From Candidatus Gottesmanbacteria bacterium UBA5942 (GTDB lineage: Bacteria > Patescibacteriota > Microgenomatia > UBA10105 > UBA927): 64,000 bases of DNA. Made by a program: the position numbers and the translations under genes. Location of the stretch: positions 9,639 to 73,638 of the forward strand of contig DJCU01000001.1 in the NCBI GenBank assembly GCA_002430725.1. The letters run 5' to 3'. The notes beneath the pieces are model-generated. The model searched no databases. It was given only the letters and a program-made list of their open reading frames with translations, and was not told the DNA's origin. Shown here piece after piece: positions 36,605 to 47,034 of this stretch (the stretch's first letter is position 1; each line of letters starts with the position of its first letter).

Positions 36605-38449
36605 ATGAAAGATGACCTCCTCAATGATTTAAACCCCGACCAGCAAAAAGCAGTGACGCACACCGATGGACCGGTGCTTATACTGGCCGGAGCAGGAAGC
36701 GGTAAAACACGAGTGCTTACGTGTAGAGTGGCATACCTTGTCGCAGAAAAAAAAGTGTCACCACACCACATCCTCATGGTGACATTTACCAATAAAGCGG
36801 CGAAAGAAATGAAAAATCGTATTCGTGCGCTTATCCATACGAAAGATCTTCCTTATGCCGGTACGTTCCACTCGCTCTGCGCGCTTATCCTCAGAGTGGA
36901 TGGGAAGCATATCAATATCTCGTCTAACTTCGTTATCTATGACGACCAGGATCAAATTGACGCCATCAAAGAAGTCATGAAAAAGCTTGATATTTCCCCC
37001 AAGCTCTATAATCCTCGTGCAGTACTTTCCACTATCTCGCAAGCAAAAAATGAGCTTATCCCCGCTTTAGAATACCCCAATCTCGCCCGCGGCAATTTTC
37101 AGGAAACGGTCGCGCGTGTGTATTTAGGATATCAAAAACTATTATTGGAAAACGAAGCGTTGGACTTTGATGACCTTCTTATGAAAACAGTCATGTTATT
37201 TAGAAGAAACCCCGAAGTCCTGGGTAAATACCAAGAAAAATACCACTATGTGTTAATCGATGAGTATCAGGACACTAACAAAGCACAATACGAACTCACC
37301 AAACAATTAAGTGCCCGGTGGAGAAATATTTGCGTTGTCGGAGACGCATCACAATCCATATATCGGTGGCGCGGAGCGGATTTTAGAAACATCACCAATT
37401 TTCGTACCGACTTTCCGGAAGTAAAAGTATTTAATCTTGAACAAAACTACCGGTCGACCCAAATGATCCTCAATGCCGCGTTTGGCGTCATTTCCAAAAA
37501 CACATCACACCCTATTCTCAAACTCTGGACAGACAAAAAAGGTGGCGACCACATCACGCTGTATGAAGCCCGAAACGAACAAGACGAAGCAACATTTCTT
37601 ATTCATATGATATTGCAGTCCGGTCGACCATTTTCTGACTTCGCGGTCCTTTATCGCACAAATGCACAGTCTCGGGTATTGGAAGAAGCATTTTTGCATG
37701 CTGGCGTCCCATACACATTGGTAGGAGGTACTCGATTTTATGAACGAAAAGAAATCAAAGACGTGCTTTCGTATTTACGATTACTTTCTAATCCCAAAGA
37801 CACCGTATCGTACAACCGGATAGAAAAACTTGGTAAAGGAAGAATGAAAAAATTTCTTTCATTTGCCGAGGAAATTACAAAAGAGAATAAACTGATACAG
37901 TTTACTACCCTCGAGCTCCTCGATAATACGCTGGAAGCTACCCACTATCTCGAACTGTATGACGCAAACGTAGAAGAAGAAGCCTATCGATTAGAAAACA
38001 TCAAAGAACTCAGGTCGGTGGCTACCGAATTTCCGAATCTAACCGAATTCTTAGAAAACGTGGCACTCGTAGAACAGGAATATACACCCGAGCGCGTCAA
38101 AGAAATGGGAGAAAATCGACAAGCCGTCACCCTTATGACTTTACATGCGGCGAAGGGACTGGAATTTCCTGTCGTTTCAATTGTTGGCATGGAAGAAGGA
38201 ATATTCCCCCACAGTCGTTCACTCATGGAAAAAGATGAAATAGAAGAAGAAAGACGACTTTGCTATGTAGGTATTACCAGAGCAAAAGAAAAGCTATATC
38301 TTACCTACGCCAACAAAAGATTATTCTTTGGTACTCGCACCCAAAACATGATTTCACGATTTATCGCAGATATTCCGGAAGCAACACTCGATCTACAAGT
38401 TTCACTGTCACAGGATCGGGGATTTCGGGATGACGATATGCTCCTTTAG
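36605..38449 (+). CDS. pcrA: ATP-dependent DNA helicase PcrA/UvrD
   Basis: LAGAGSGKT, TFTNKAA, IDEYQDTN, VGDASQSIY, LEQNYRST, LHAAKGLEF, EERRLCYVGITRA. Confidence 0.96.
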   Translation: MKDDLLNDLNPDQQKAVTHTDGPVLILAGAGSGKTRVLTCRVAYLVAEKKVSPHHILMVTFTNKAAKEMKNRIRALIHTKDLPYAGTFHSLCALILRVDGKHINISSNFVIYDDQDQIDAIKEVMKKLDISPKLYNPRAVLSTISQAKNELIPALEYPNLARGNFQETVARVYLGYQKLLLENEALDFDDLLMKTVMLFRRNPEVLGKYQEKYHYVLIDEYQDTNKAQYELTKQLSARWRNICVVGDASQSIYRWRGADFRNITNFRTDFPEVKVFNLEQNYRSTQMILNAAFGVISKNTSHPILKLWTDKKGGDHITLYEARNEQDEATFLIHMILQSGRPFSDFAVLYRTNAQSRVLEEAFLHAGVPYTLVGGTRFYERKEIKDVLSYLRLLSNPKDTVSYNRIEKLGKGRMKKFLSFAEEITKENKLIQFTTLELLDNTLEATHYLELYDANVEEEAYRLENIKELRSVATEFPNLTEFLENVALVEQEYTPERVKEMGENRQAVTLMTLHAAKGLEFPVVSIVGMEEGIFPHSRSLMEKDEIEEERRLCYVGITRAKEKLYLTYANKRLFFGTRTQNMISRFIADIPEATLDLQVSLSQDRGFRDDDMLL

Positions 38450-38646
38450 ACAAAAAAGTGAATAACGACCAATATTGCTGCGCCGAATACCACACCCACT
38501 GCTAACACCATTTCCATCGCAATAAAAATTTTGCCTACTCCGTGAACGTGAGAAAAAGAAAATAACGGAGAAAATAAACGACTATCGACAGGAAGCCAAC
38601 TTACTGGTTCATCATGACGCCTTTGTATTCGTACCCTTTTTGTCAT
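38446..38646 (-). CDS. Small membrane protein, hypothetical
   Basis: 66 aa from ATG 38646 with a C-terminal TM; TGG-TACAAT lies 8 nt upstream of this ATG. Confidence 0.5.
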   Translation of the reverse strand: MTKRVRIQRRHDEPVSWLPVDSRLFSPLFSFSHVHGVGKIFIAMEMVLAVGVVFGAAILVVIHFFV

Positions 38647-38690
38647 CGATCGATATTGTACCATACGAATAAAAGCGAGATAATACACCC

Positions 38691-39677
38691 ATGCTACAGA
38701 TTGATCCCACCTCACAACAACAATCCTCCACAGATATTAGAAACTGGAATAACAGCGCAACTCACCCACTCCAATCATGGGAATGGGGAGAATTCCGAAA
38801 AGCTATGGGTATCGATGTGGTACGCACCAAACATGGACAACTCACGTTTCATAACGTACCACATACGCCATGGGTTATCGGATATTTTCCTAAAGGCCCA
38901 AAACCTACGTCTCAAATGCTCCACGATCTTCGACTACTCGGCGCATCAAAGCATGCCATCTTTATACAATTAGAGCCAAATATTGCAGCATCGAAAAACA
39001 CGCTCACACTCCCTGAACTCCGCGCTTCACATCACCCGCTTTTTACAAAATACACATTTGTATTAGACCTCAATAAATCCGAAGAAGAACTTTTGAAAGC
39101 AATGCACTCCAAAACCCGATATAACTTGCGCATCGCGCAAAAACATGGAGTTTCAGTAACCGAAGATAATTCCGAGAAAGCATTTGCTGCCTACCTCCGA
39201 CTCAATGAAGAAACAACCGGAAGACAGGGGTTTTTTGCACATAACAAAACGTACCATCAAACCATGTGGCGTATTATGAAAGACGCTGGTATCGCACATT
39301 TATTTACCGCGACATACAAAGGAGAAATTCTCGCAGCATGGATATTATTTGCCTGGAATAAAACACTTTATTATCCGTACGGTACATCATCACGACAGCA
39401 CCGCGAAGTTATGGCTCCGACACTGCTTCTCTGGGAAATTGCAAAGTGGGGCAAGGCAAACGGCTATACATCATTTGATCTGTGGGGAGCTATGGGGCCA
39501 GAACCAGACCCCGACGACCCGTGGTTTGGGTTTCATCGGTTTAAACAGGGATTTAATCCGCTTCTCGTAGAACACGTAGGTTCTTTTGATCTCGTGATCA
39601 ACCCGCTTTTATACAAACTGTATACTCTGGCAGATACCATACGGTGGTTTCTCCTCAAGCGAGGTCTCAAAAGCTAA
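38691..39677 (+). CDS. FemX/FemAB family lipid II:aminoacyl transferase
   Basis: HPLQSWEWGEFR, PKGP, KTRYNLRIAQKHGV, YYPYGTS, FDLWG, RFKQGF. Confidence 0.92.
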   Translation: MLQIDPTSQQQSSTDIRNWNNSATHPLQSWEWGEFRKAMGIDVVRTKHGQLTFHNVPHTPWVIGYFPKGPKPTSQMLHDLRLLGASKHAIFIQLEPNIAASKNTLTLPELRASHHPLFTKYTFVLDLNKSEEELLKAMHSKTRYNLRIAQKHGVSVTEDNSEKAFAAYLRLNEETTGRQGFFAHNKTYHQTMWRIMKDAGIAHLFTATYKGEILAAWILFAWNKTLYYPYGTSSRQHREVMAPTLLLWEIAKWGKANGYTSFDLWGAMGPEPDPDDPWFGFHRFKQGFNPLLVEHVGSFDLVINPLLYKLYTLADTIRWFLLKRGLKS

Positions 39678-39688
39678 ATCATACCATC

Positions 39689-40516
39689 ATGGAAATACAA
39701 CAATCGCCTTATTACGCGAGCTTTATCCGATCGCTCGGGTGGATAATTGAAACGGTCGACAACAGTACTATTTTTATTAAACCCTTTCCGATTATTGGCG
39801 GCCTCGCCAAAATCCAACGGGTCACCACGCTTCCATCCGTAAAAAAACTTATCCCTCTCCTTAAAAAATATGGGGTACGCACTATCGCTATTGAACCAGA
39901 TAGAAATGTAAGCCAAACATCACTATCCCTTTGGTGCAGCCATATCCCACGACATATAAAAATAAATAAAGACCCTTATATCCCTACAAAAACTATTCGC
40001 GTAGATCTTACCCCAAACGAGCAAGAGATATTTCATCGATTTTCAGAGGCAAAACGCCGCGCAGTGAGGCGGGCAGAAAAGTATGGGGTCACCATATCTG
40101 CAAGTGACGATATCAACACATTTCTTCGACTGAAAAGTGCATCTGCAGGTTTTTTGGGATTTATTACAACATCAGGTGTACACAAGCTTTGGCAAATTCT
40201 CCCAACCCAGCATAAAACCATACTTCTCGCACGAAATGAAAAACAGCAAGTTATTGGAGGCATCCTTCTCCTTTTTTGGGAAAAAATTGCCTATTATTGG
40301 ATTGCGGGAGCATTGCCGGAAGGCAAAAAAATGTTTGCACCCACACTCCTTGTTTGGGAAGCGCTGAAAGAATCAAAAAAGAAAAAATGTACTGCGTTGG
40401 ATTTTGTCGGTGTATGGGATGAGCGCAAACCGAAAAGTAATCACGAATGGAAAGGGTTTACCAAATTCAAAGAAGGATTTGGGGGATACGAACTCTACTA
40501 CCCTCTCGCTTCCTAA
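39689..40516 (+). CDS. FemAB-like GNAT peptidoglycan bridge transferase
   Basis: KRRAVRRAEKYGV, AYYWIAG, PTLLVWE, LDFVG, GFTKFKEGFGG. Confidence 0.85.
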   Translation: MEIQQSPYYASFIRSLGWIIETVDNSTIFIKPFPIIGGLAKIQRVTTLPSVKKLIPLLKKYGVRTIAIEPDRNVSQTSLSLWCSHIPRHIKINKDPYIPTKTIRVDLTPNEQEIFHRFSEAKRRAVRRAEKYGVTISASDDINTFLRLKSASAGFLGFITTSGVHKLWQILPTQHKTILLARNEKQQVIGGILLLFWEKIAYYWIAGALPEGKKMFAPTLLVWEALKESKKKKCTALDFVGVWDERKPKSNHEWKGFTKFKEGFGGYELYYPLAS

Positions 40517-40524
40517 TCCCCTCT

Positions 40525-43473
40525 TCACGTCACACTGCAAAACATCTGGTATTCACAATCTTTACACAGCATATTCCCCGAGCAACGAAAATCTGACGCC
40601 TCTATCTGTTTCGCAATATCAATAATCATAATTTTTTCTTTTTCTAATTGTTCCATGGTGCGAGTCGTAGAAATCTTTGTCTGTGTATCAAAAAAATAAA
40701 GCGATAATGTAATATCTTCTGTTTTCTTGCCAAATGGAACTGCATGTATTTCAGATGCTGCCAACGCATACATAGATAACTGTAAATTTGCGTCTACCTC
40801 ACGTTTAGACGGCATCCTACCAGTTTTATAATCTATGATCTCTAATTTTCCATCAGGGAGAATATCAATTCTATCGATCTTTCCTCCGACTTTTAAAGAC
40901 TTTCCCTCATGTGTAATAGGTACGATAAACGGTTGCTCAAGTGCCGCAATTTTTGTATCCGGTTTGAATTCTTTTTCATAGTATTCTGTCAAATATTGCT
41001 CTCCCCTCTTTTTCATATCTTCCTCGTAGCGTTTATTTTCGTATCCTGCTTTCTGCCACCGGCTAGTAAGCAAGCTCAATAATAATTCTTGACTCACCTT
41101 TTCTCCCGCTGCATGCAATTCATAAAAATCATGGAGCGCGTTGTGTACACTCGTTCCGAACGATAAAGATGCAGACGGAGAGGTCGGGATATTGAGAAAA
41201 TATCGAAGTTTATAATGTAGCGGACAAAGCCGAAATGTTTCTATCTGCGAGTATGAAAGATACGAGATAGTTATTTTTTTTGCCTCTCCAGATGTTCCTT
41301 GCTGCACCTCATCCTTCTTCCAATCCAGCAACGACATTTGAGAAGGTCGTAAATTGGGAGCAACGATTGATTTCTCGCCAATCACTTCGTACACAAATGG
41401 TGAAAGTTTTTTCTCTCGTTTTCCTTCACCGTAATAGTTAGCACCCGTAAGGTATAGCAAATCCTGTGCCCGGGTCATCCCTACATAACAAAGCCTGCGC
41501 TCTTCCTCCAAATGATAATCACCAACGGGCAACTCCTCTTTGATAAGCTCCTCGGGTATAGGGATAGTCTCTCTCCGCTCTACAGTCGGAAATCGAGCAG
41601 AAACCATGTTTACCAAAAACGCCACCGGAAATTCTAATCCCTTACTACTGTGCACCGATAATATATTTACCGAATCATTACTCATCCAGTCAGAGTCGTT
41701 AGCAAGTGGAGATTCTCCGAGTTCCATAGAAAGCTCAATCCAATCAAGTACTGCAGGGACGCTCGCATCTGTATGATCTGTTTCATACGTTTTAAGCTTG
41801 CTAAAAAACTTGGAAATATTGTTTGCAATTTTTTCATCAACAGGGGCACTATAGTCAAGGATGTTTTTCATCATCCCGGTATCACGCAAAAAATAAAATA
41901 AAATTTGTCCTGCGCTCTCACGAGTCACGAGCCCCATGTGTTTATGGATCATCGCGATAATTTCTTTTATTTTCTGCAGTACTTCCTTATCAACAACGGG
42001 AACTTCTGCCCCCTCCATGTTTCGTAATCCAACCGTTATTTCGCTCGCCTCAAAAAGCGACACATTTTGTTTGCGGGCAAAATTTGCAATAGCCGCAATA
42101 TCTCTCGGTGGAAATGCAAAATAATCCATAGAAAATACTCTAAACATCGCCACGTTGTCTTCAAAATTATGAATAACCTGCAAATATGAAATAAGCTCTT
42201 TTATTTCCTGTTGACGAAATAGTTGTCCGGGCCCCAAAAATTGAAACGGAATATTGTATCGCATAAGTGCGCGGACAAACGGTTCTGCGTGATTGTTTGC
42301 GCGTACCAATATTGCCATGTCTTTCCAAGAGTAAGTACCGCCACTGTGCTTTTTTACTCCTGATAGTCGCTTGATCTCTTTTGCGACCGCGTCCGCTTCA
42401 TTTTCTACCCGTTCTTCATACAGTAACTTCGGCCACTCACCGGACAAATTGCGCGCTGAAGTAAGTTTTTTGTTGATGTGTTCTTTTACCTCTAACCTGT
42501 CCGGATTATTGTGCTGTATCAGCTGATATGAAGCATCCAGTATAGATTGGGTAGAGCGGTAATTCTGCGATAACACAATAAGTTTTGCTTTTGGAAAGTG
42601 CACACGAAATGATAATACGTTAGAAACCGCAGCTCCTCGGAATTTATAGATGCTCTGATCATCATCGCAAACTGCGGTTATATTTTGCCGCTTCCCGGCA
42701 AGCAACGCCACCAATTCATTTTGGGCGATATTCGTATCCTGAAATTCATCTACTAATATGTAATTAAACTGCTCTTGATAAAAATGAAGAATATTTTTTC
42801 GCGTTCTAAAAAGCGATAGAGTTTTTGTAATAAGATCTCCAAAATCCATGTACCCCTCTTTCACTTTTAGCTCCTGATACGCCTTATAGGTACGAGATAA
42901 CTCAATGTATTTTTTAATCTCTAATTTTTCCTCTTCACTTTCAGCCTTTGCCTCCTTGTCACTTACCCATTTTTGGTACTGCTCCGGTGATACGTCCTCA
43001 TCTTGGAGACGCGAAAAATGCTGCAATATGCCACTGATGAATTTGGTAGGATTTCCTAAAGGTCGAAAATAATCTAAATCAAACGTAAACAAGTGGGCCC
43101 GAAACAACATAGTGGCGTCAGTATCGGTCATGAGGCGATAACTTGGGTTTAATCCAATATGTATTGCTTCCTGCCTGAGTAAACGGTCACAAAATTTGTG
43201 GAATGTAGAAATCCACATCTGAGTATAGCCATAGGGCATGATCACATCCACGCGCTCCTCCATCTCGCGCGCCGCTTTTTCAGTAAATGTAAGTGCGAGG
43301 ATTTGTGAAGGTAATGCTTTGCCTGAGCTTATCAGTTGTTTAATGCGCTCGGTGACTACAGTAGTTTTACCAGTGCCCGCGCCAGCGATAATAAGGAGCG
43401 GCCCATCACCGAAATTAACTGCTTCCTGTTGCTCTTCGTTGAGGCTTTTTTTATCTACGGGAGGTTTCGCCAT
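40525..43473 (-). CDS. UvrD-family helicase fused to a PD-(D/E)XK nuclease (AddA/AdnA-like)
   Basis: AGAGTGKT, VDEFQDTN, HSSKGLEF; C-terminal LSYSQIETFRLCP, GKIDRID, IIDYKTG, QLSMYA, CKDCEYQMFC. Confidence 0.92.
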   Translation of the reverse strand: MAKPPVDKKSLNEEQQEAVNFGDGPLLIIAGAGTGKTTVVTERIKQLISSGKALPSQILALTFTEKAAREMEERVDVIMPYGYTQMWISTFHKFCDRLLRQEAIHIGLNPSYRLMTDTDATMLFRAHLFTFDLDYFRPLGNPTKFISGILQHFSRLQDEDVSPEQYQKWVSDKEAKAESEEEKLEIKKYIELSRTYKAYQELKVKEGYMDFGDLITKTLSLFRTRKNILHFYQEQFNYILVDEFQDTNIAQNELVALLAGKRQNITAVCDDDQSIYKFRGAAVSNVLSFRVHFPKAKLIVLSQNYRSTQSILDASYQLIQHNNPDRLEVKEHINKKLTSARNLSGEWPKLLYEERVENEADAVAKEIKRLSGVKKHSGGTYSWKDMAILVRANNHAEPFVRALMRYNIPFQFLGPGQLFRQQEIKELISYLQVIHNFEDNVAMFRVFSMDYFAFPPRDIAAIANFARKQNVSLFEASEITVGLRNMEGAEVPVVDKEVLQKIKEIIAMIHKHMGLVTRESAGQILFYFLRDTGMMKNILDYSAPVDEKIANNISKFFSKLKTYETDHTDASVPAVLDWIELSMELGESPLANDSDWMSNDSVNILSVHSSKGLEFPVAFLVNMVSARFPTVERRETIPIPEELIKEELPVGDYHLEEERRLCYVGMTRAQDLLYLTGANYYGEGKREKKLSPFVYEVIGEKSIVAPNLRPSQMSLLDWKKDEVQQGTSGEAKKITISYLSYSQIETFRLCPLHYKLRYFLNIPTSPSASLSFGTSVHNALHDFYELHAAGEKVSQELLLSLLTSRWQKAGYENKRYEEDMKKRGEQYLTEYYEKEFKPDTKIAALEQPFIVPITHEGKSLKVGGKIDRIDILPDGKLEIIDYKTGRMPSKREVDANLQLSMYALAASEIHAVPFGKKTEDITLSLYFFDTQTKISTTRTMEQLEKEKIMIIDIAKQIEASDFRCSGNMLCKDCEYQMFCSVT

Positions 43474-43491
43474 CGTTGGCTCATTATAATC

Positions 43492-44046
43492 TTACTCGAG
43501 CATCTTTTCGAGAAGAACTGGAAACTGCGTGTATTGAGGACCTTTTTCTAAATTAAAATGCCCTTGGTCGGGGATAAAAATAAATTCCGCATCGAGTTTT
43601 TTTTGAAGTTCTTCTGCATCTTCTATGGGTACATGAGGATCATCATTGGAATGATAGACAATAAATTTTTTGGCGTGCTTTTTGATGACTGTATAGTCGA
43701 TAGGTGTCCGAAACAATCCAGCGATACTGTCCCACCCATGAGTATTTGTAAAAGCTCCTACGGTAATACAGCGGTCAATCACAACAGCTTCCGGTAACCG
43801 CTGCAAGAGACGTAATGCAGCCACTCCTCCCGATGAATGTCCAACAATGACCGTTTCTGAAGTAAATTTCCAGTCTTTACGGGAAAATATATGATTGAGG
43901 TATCGTTCTTCATCCGGTCTATCCGCCTGTGGCAAGTCTGGCGACCACACCTCATAACCACGCTTCTCTAATTCCTGTGTAAGCCACGGAAACCAATTAC
44001 CCTGAGAAGTGTTTGCTGTACCATGGAGAATGAGCACGTTTCTCAT
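43492..44046 (-). CDS. RBBP9/YdeN family alpha/beta hydrolase
   Basis: ILHG, NWFPWL, GHSSGG, SNDDPHVP, GHFN. Confidence 0.9.
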   Translation of the reverse strand: MRNVLILHGTANTSQGNWFPWLTQELEKRGYEVWSPDLPQADRPDEERYLNHIFSRKDWKFTSETVIVGHSSGGVAALRLLQRLPEAVVIDRCITVGAFTNTHGWDSIAGLFRTPIDYTVIKKHAKKFIVYHSNDDPHVPIEDAEELQKKLDAEFIFIPDQGHFNLEKGPQYTQFPVLLEKMLE

Positions 44047-44050
44047 ATTA

Positions 44051-45079
44051 TTACGGTAATATGTTTGTATCCTCGGTGCTTTCCCCAAGTGTCTGTGTCT
44101 GAGAAAGTTTTTGCCCCAACAATGAGAATGAACCAGATACATTGCTCATAGAGTTATACGCATTGTTAATGTGTTTCCCCAACACTCCCAAATTCTCCTC
44201 TACTTTTCCGTAGTCCTTTTGTATCGCCCGAAGAAGTTGAAACACATGACGTGATTTTTGCTCCAAATCTTTCCCCTGGAATGAAAGTAATAACACCTGT
44301 AAATGCGCATACAGTGTGTTTGGCGACACTGGATACACCCGCAGTTTCCGCGCAAAATTCATAAGCTCTTCCATATTCGCCATTTCGTAATACACTCCTT
44401 CAGACGGGATATACATCAGGGCAAAATCCATCGTACCTTCTTCGGGCAATATATATTTACGGCTTATATCCGTCACGTGCTTTTTAACATCAGCGATAAA
44501 GTCGCGCTTAGCAGACGCGCGAAGCGCCTCGGTTTCACCTTTGTGCATTTTGGTAAAGTTTTCCATGGGAAATTTAGAATCGACACACAAAAGTCCTGCG
44601 TCTGTTTTTAGCACCGCGTCCACTTTCATACCGCTTTTAAACGCATACTGGAGATGAAACGAATTTTTTGGAAATGTCTGACCGATCATGTCCTGCAATA
44701 CCTGCTCACCGATGTTGCCCCTCAACTTCGGAGACTGCAAAAACTCCTGCAGGCTTCGTATTCCTTTACCTACTTCAGACATCTCGCCTAAATTCTGCTT
44801 CAAGTCGCCAATCACCCGAGCCGCGGTATCGAGACGATCGTTTAACTGTTTTGTATTTGCCTGAAGCAGTTTACTCACGTCAGTCGTTTGTCCGCGCATG
44901 GCATCATTCAGTGCTTTATTTGTATTCTCTATGGATACCTGCATGGATTTAAGCCACTCCGTAAGGGTTGAGTCATCTTTTTTTTCAGTAAGCTTAGACA
45001 GTTCTTTTTTGACTAAATATCCAAGCACTCCAAATCCAGCAATAATGACAACGATGAGGATAAGAAAATCGGAGCTCAT
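44051..45079 (-). CDS. rmuC: DNA recombination protein RmuC
   Basis: TM + coiled coil, PKLRGNIGEQVL, VDSKFP, DFALMYIPSE, VSPNTL. Confidence 0.93.
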   Translation of the reverse strand: MSSDFLILIVVIIAGFGVLGYLVKKELSKLTEKKDDSTLTEWLKSMQVSIENTNKALNDAMRGQTTDVSKLLQANTKQLNDRLDTAARVIGDLKQNLGEMSEVGKGIRSLQEFLQSPKLRGNIGEQVLQDMIGQTFPKNSFHLQYAFKSGMKVDAVLKTDAGLLCVDSKFPMENFTKMHKGETEALRASAKRDFIADVKKHVTDISRKYILPEEGTMDFALMYIPSEGVYYEMANMEELMNFARKLRVYPVSPNTLYAHLQVLLLSFQGKDLEQKSRHVFQLLRAIQKDYGKVEENLGVLGKHINNAYNSMSNVSGSFSLLGQKLSQTQTLGESTEDTNILP

Positions 45080-45124
45080 GATGCCCCATTGTAGCACGCG
45101 CACAAACTCGCCTACAATAAATAT

Positions 45125-45442
45125 ATGGAACGACAATCAAAGCCGCGCAACCCTTTCCTTCTCTTTGCGGGTATCACCGGCATAATCGCGCTCTCTGCAT
45201 ACGTAAACATAGTGCCGCCCGATTCTCCCATCACACTTTTGGGCTTTTTTACACTCGTCTCATTTTCGATAGGTACGCTATTGGCGTATTTTTTACGAAA
45301 CAGACGCCTTGCCATCCTTATTGCTGGCGGCGTATCTCTATATCTCGTATTACGCCTCTTGGGACTTCGACACCCCTTGTATGCACTACTACTCGTAGCA
45401 AGTATAGTTGCACTTGAATTCCTTTGGAGGGATAATTCGTGA
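45125..45442 (+). CDS. Small multi-pass membrane protein
   Basis: 105 aa, ~4 hydrophobic segments; TACAAT 6 nt upstream. Confidence 0.7.
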   Translation: MERQSKPRNPFLLFAGITGIIALSAYVNIVPPDSPITLLGFFTLVSFSIGTLLAYFLRNRRLAILIAGGVSLYLVLRLLGLRHPLYALLLVASIVALEFLWRDNS

Positions 45443-45467
45443 ACAACTTGCTACAATACGAGAACGT

Positions 45468-46913
45468 ATGAACAAAAAATTCTACATTACCTGCGCCATA
45501 CCTTACGTAAACGCGCCGCCCCATATAGGACACGCCTTGGAATTTGTGCAGGGAGATACAATCGCGCGATTTCATAGGCTTTTGGGTGAACAAACCACAT
45601 TACTTTCGGGCGGTGATGAAAACGCATTGAAAAATGTGCAGGCGGCAGAAAAGGCGGGTGTCCCCGTTCAGCAATTCATCGATGAAAACAATATAAAATT
45701 TCAGGAATTAACCAAGGCGCTCGGTTGTCAATTCGATGTATGGCAAAAAGGAAGTGATACCGCGCACCACTTCCCTGCCAGCCAAAAACTGTGGGATCTC
45801 TGCGACAAAACGGGAGATATTTATAAAAAATCCTACGAAGGTCTCTACTGTGTCGGCTGTGAAACTTTCTATGAACCCGAGGAGCTCAATGAGCAAGGTG
45901 AGTGTTTTGAACATCCCGGTAAAAAACTTGAGGTAGTCAAAGAAGAAAATTATTTTTTCCGACTTTCGAAATATCAGCAACAAATTATCGATCTTATCGT
46001 AAGTGGCAAGCTCACCATTACACCTGAAACTCGAAAAAATGAAGTACTCTCATTTCTTAAACAACCGCTTATCGACATCAGCATTTCCCGAAGTAATGAG
46101 CGCGCCAAAAATTGGGGCGTGCCGGTACCAGGAGATGACACACAGCGTATGTATGTATGGTTTGATGCCCTCAATATCTATCAATCAGGGATTGGATTTG
46201 GATGGGATGAACAACAATACAATACATGGTGGCCTGCAGATGTCCACGTCATTGGTAAAGGCATAAGCCGCTTTCATGCCGTCTACTGGCCGGCATTTTT
46301 GCTTTCTGCAGGACTAAAACCTCCCAAATCCATATTTGTCCACGGATACTTTACGGTAAACGGTCAGAAAATGAGCAAAACGCTCGGCAACGTCATTGAT
46401 CCTATCGAACTCATCAATAAATACGGGGCCGATGCACTTCGATATTATTTTCTGCGAGAAATACCACCATCAGCTGACGGTGACTTTTCGGAACGGAGAT
46501 TTAAGGAACTCTATAATGCTGATCTTGCCAACGGATTGGGTAATTTAATCGCACGGATTGCAAAACTCGCATCTCAAACTGAGAATATCATCGTGCCACA
46601 ACCGCAAACATTCGATGCATACCTTGCGCTTAATCCAACTTTCAAAATATATATAGAAAACTACCAGTTTAATGACGCTTTAGGATATATATGGGGAAAA
46701 ATAAAAACACTCGATATCGCAGTGAACGAAAAAAAGCCCTGGGAAAAAACAGGCAATGAACTTACTGATGCGATCAACTTTTTTATCGTTCCTATTCAGG
46801 AAATAAGCACACTTCTCCAACCGTTCATACCTGAAACAGCAAATAAAATTCTCACACAGTTCTCCCGTCAGACCATTACACCAGAGCCGCCAATGTTCCC
46901 GCGCCTAACATAA
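45468..46913 (+). CDS. metG: Methionine--tRNA ligase (short form)
   Basis: PYVNAPPHIGH, YCVGCETF, YVWFDAL, KMSKT, LRYYFLRE. Confidence 0.97.
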   Translation: MNKKFYITCAIPYVNAPPHIGHALEFVQGDTIARFHRLLGEQTTLLSGGDENALKNVQAAEKAGVPVQQFIDENNIKFQELTKALGCQFDVWQKGSDTAHHFPASQKLWDLCDKTGDIYKKSYEGLYCVGCETFYEPEELNEQGECFEHPGKKLEVVKEENYFFRLSKYQQQIIDLIVSGKLTITPETRKNEVLSFLKQPLIDISISRSNERAKNWGVPVPGDDTQRMYVWFDALNIYQSGIGFGWDEQQYNTWWPADVHVIGKGISRFHAVYWPAFLLSAGLKPPKSIFVHGYFTVNGQKMSKTLGNVIDPIELINKYGADALRYYFLREIPPSADGDFSERRFKELYNADLANGLGNLIARIAKLASQTENIIVPQPQTFDAYLALNPTFKIYIENYQFNDALGYIWGKIKTLDIAVNEKKPWEKTGNELTDAINFFIVPIQEISTLLQPFIPETANKILTQFSRQTITPEPPMFPRLT

Positions 46914-46927
46914 GCCTTTACTTTGTA

Positions 46928-47034
46928 ATTTTCGTCATTTTCGTTATTATCGTTCTAGTATCTGTCAATTGTTACGAGTTATTTTATTGCTTTGTAAATT
47001 TGTTAACAGTTAATTGTTAATAGTTCATTGTATG
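46928..47034. repeat. AT-rich degenerate 9-mer and 7-mer tandem repeats in the metG-tatD gap
   Basis: attttcgtc/attttcgtt/attatcgtt (46928-46954); ttgttaa/cagttaa/ttgttaa/tagttca/ttgtatg (47000-47034). Confidence 0.55.

Noticed and set aside
40525-41300. Cas4-like nuclease domain as a sign of a CRISPR or defence locus
   Set aside because: It is fused to a UvrD helicase in a housekeeping context, with no cas1/cas2 or array in the window.
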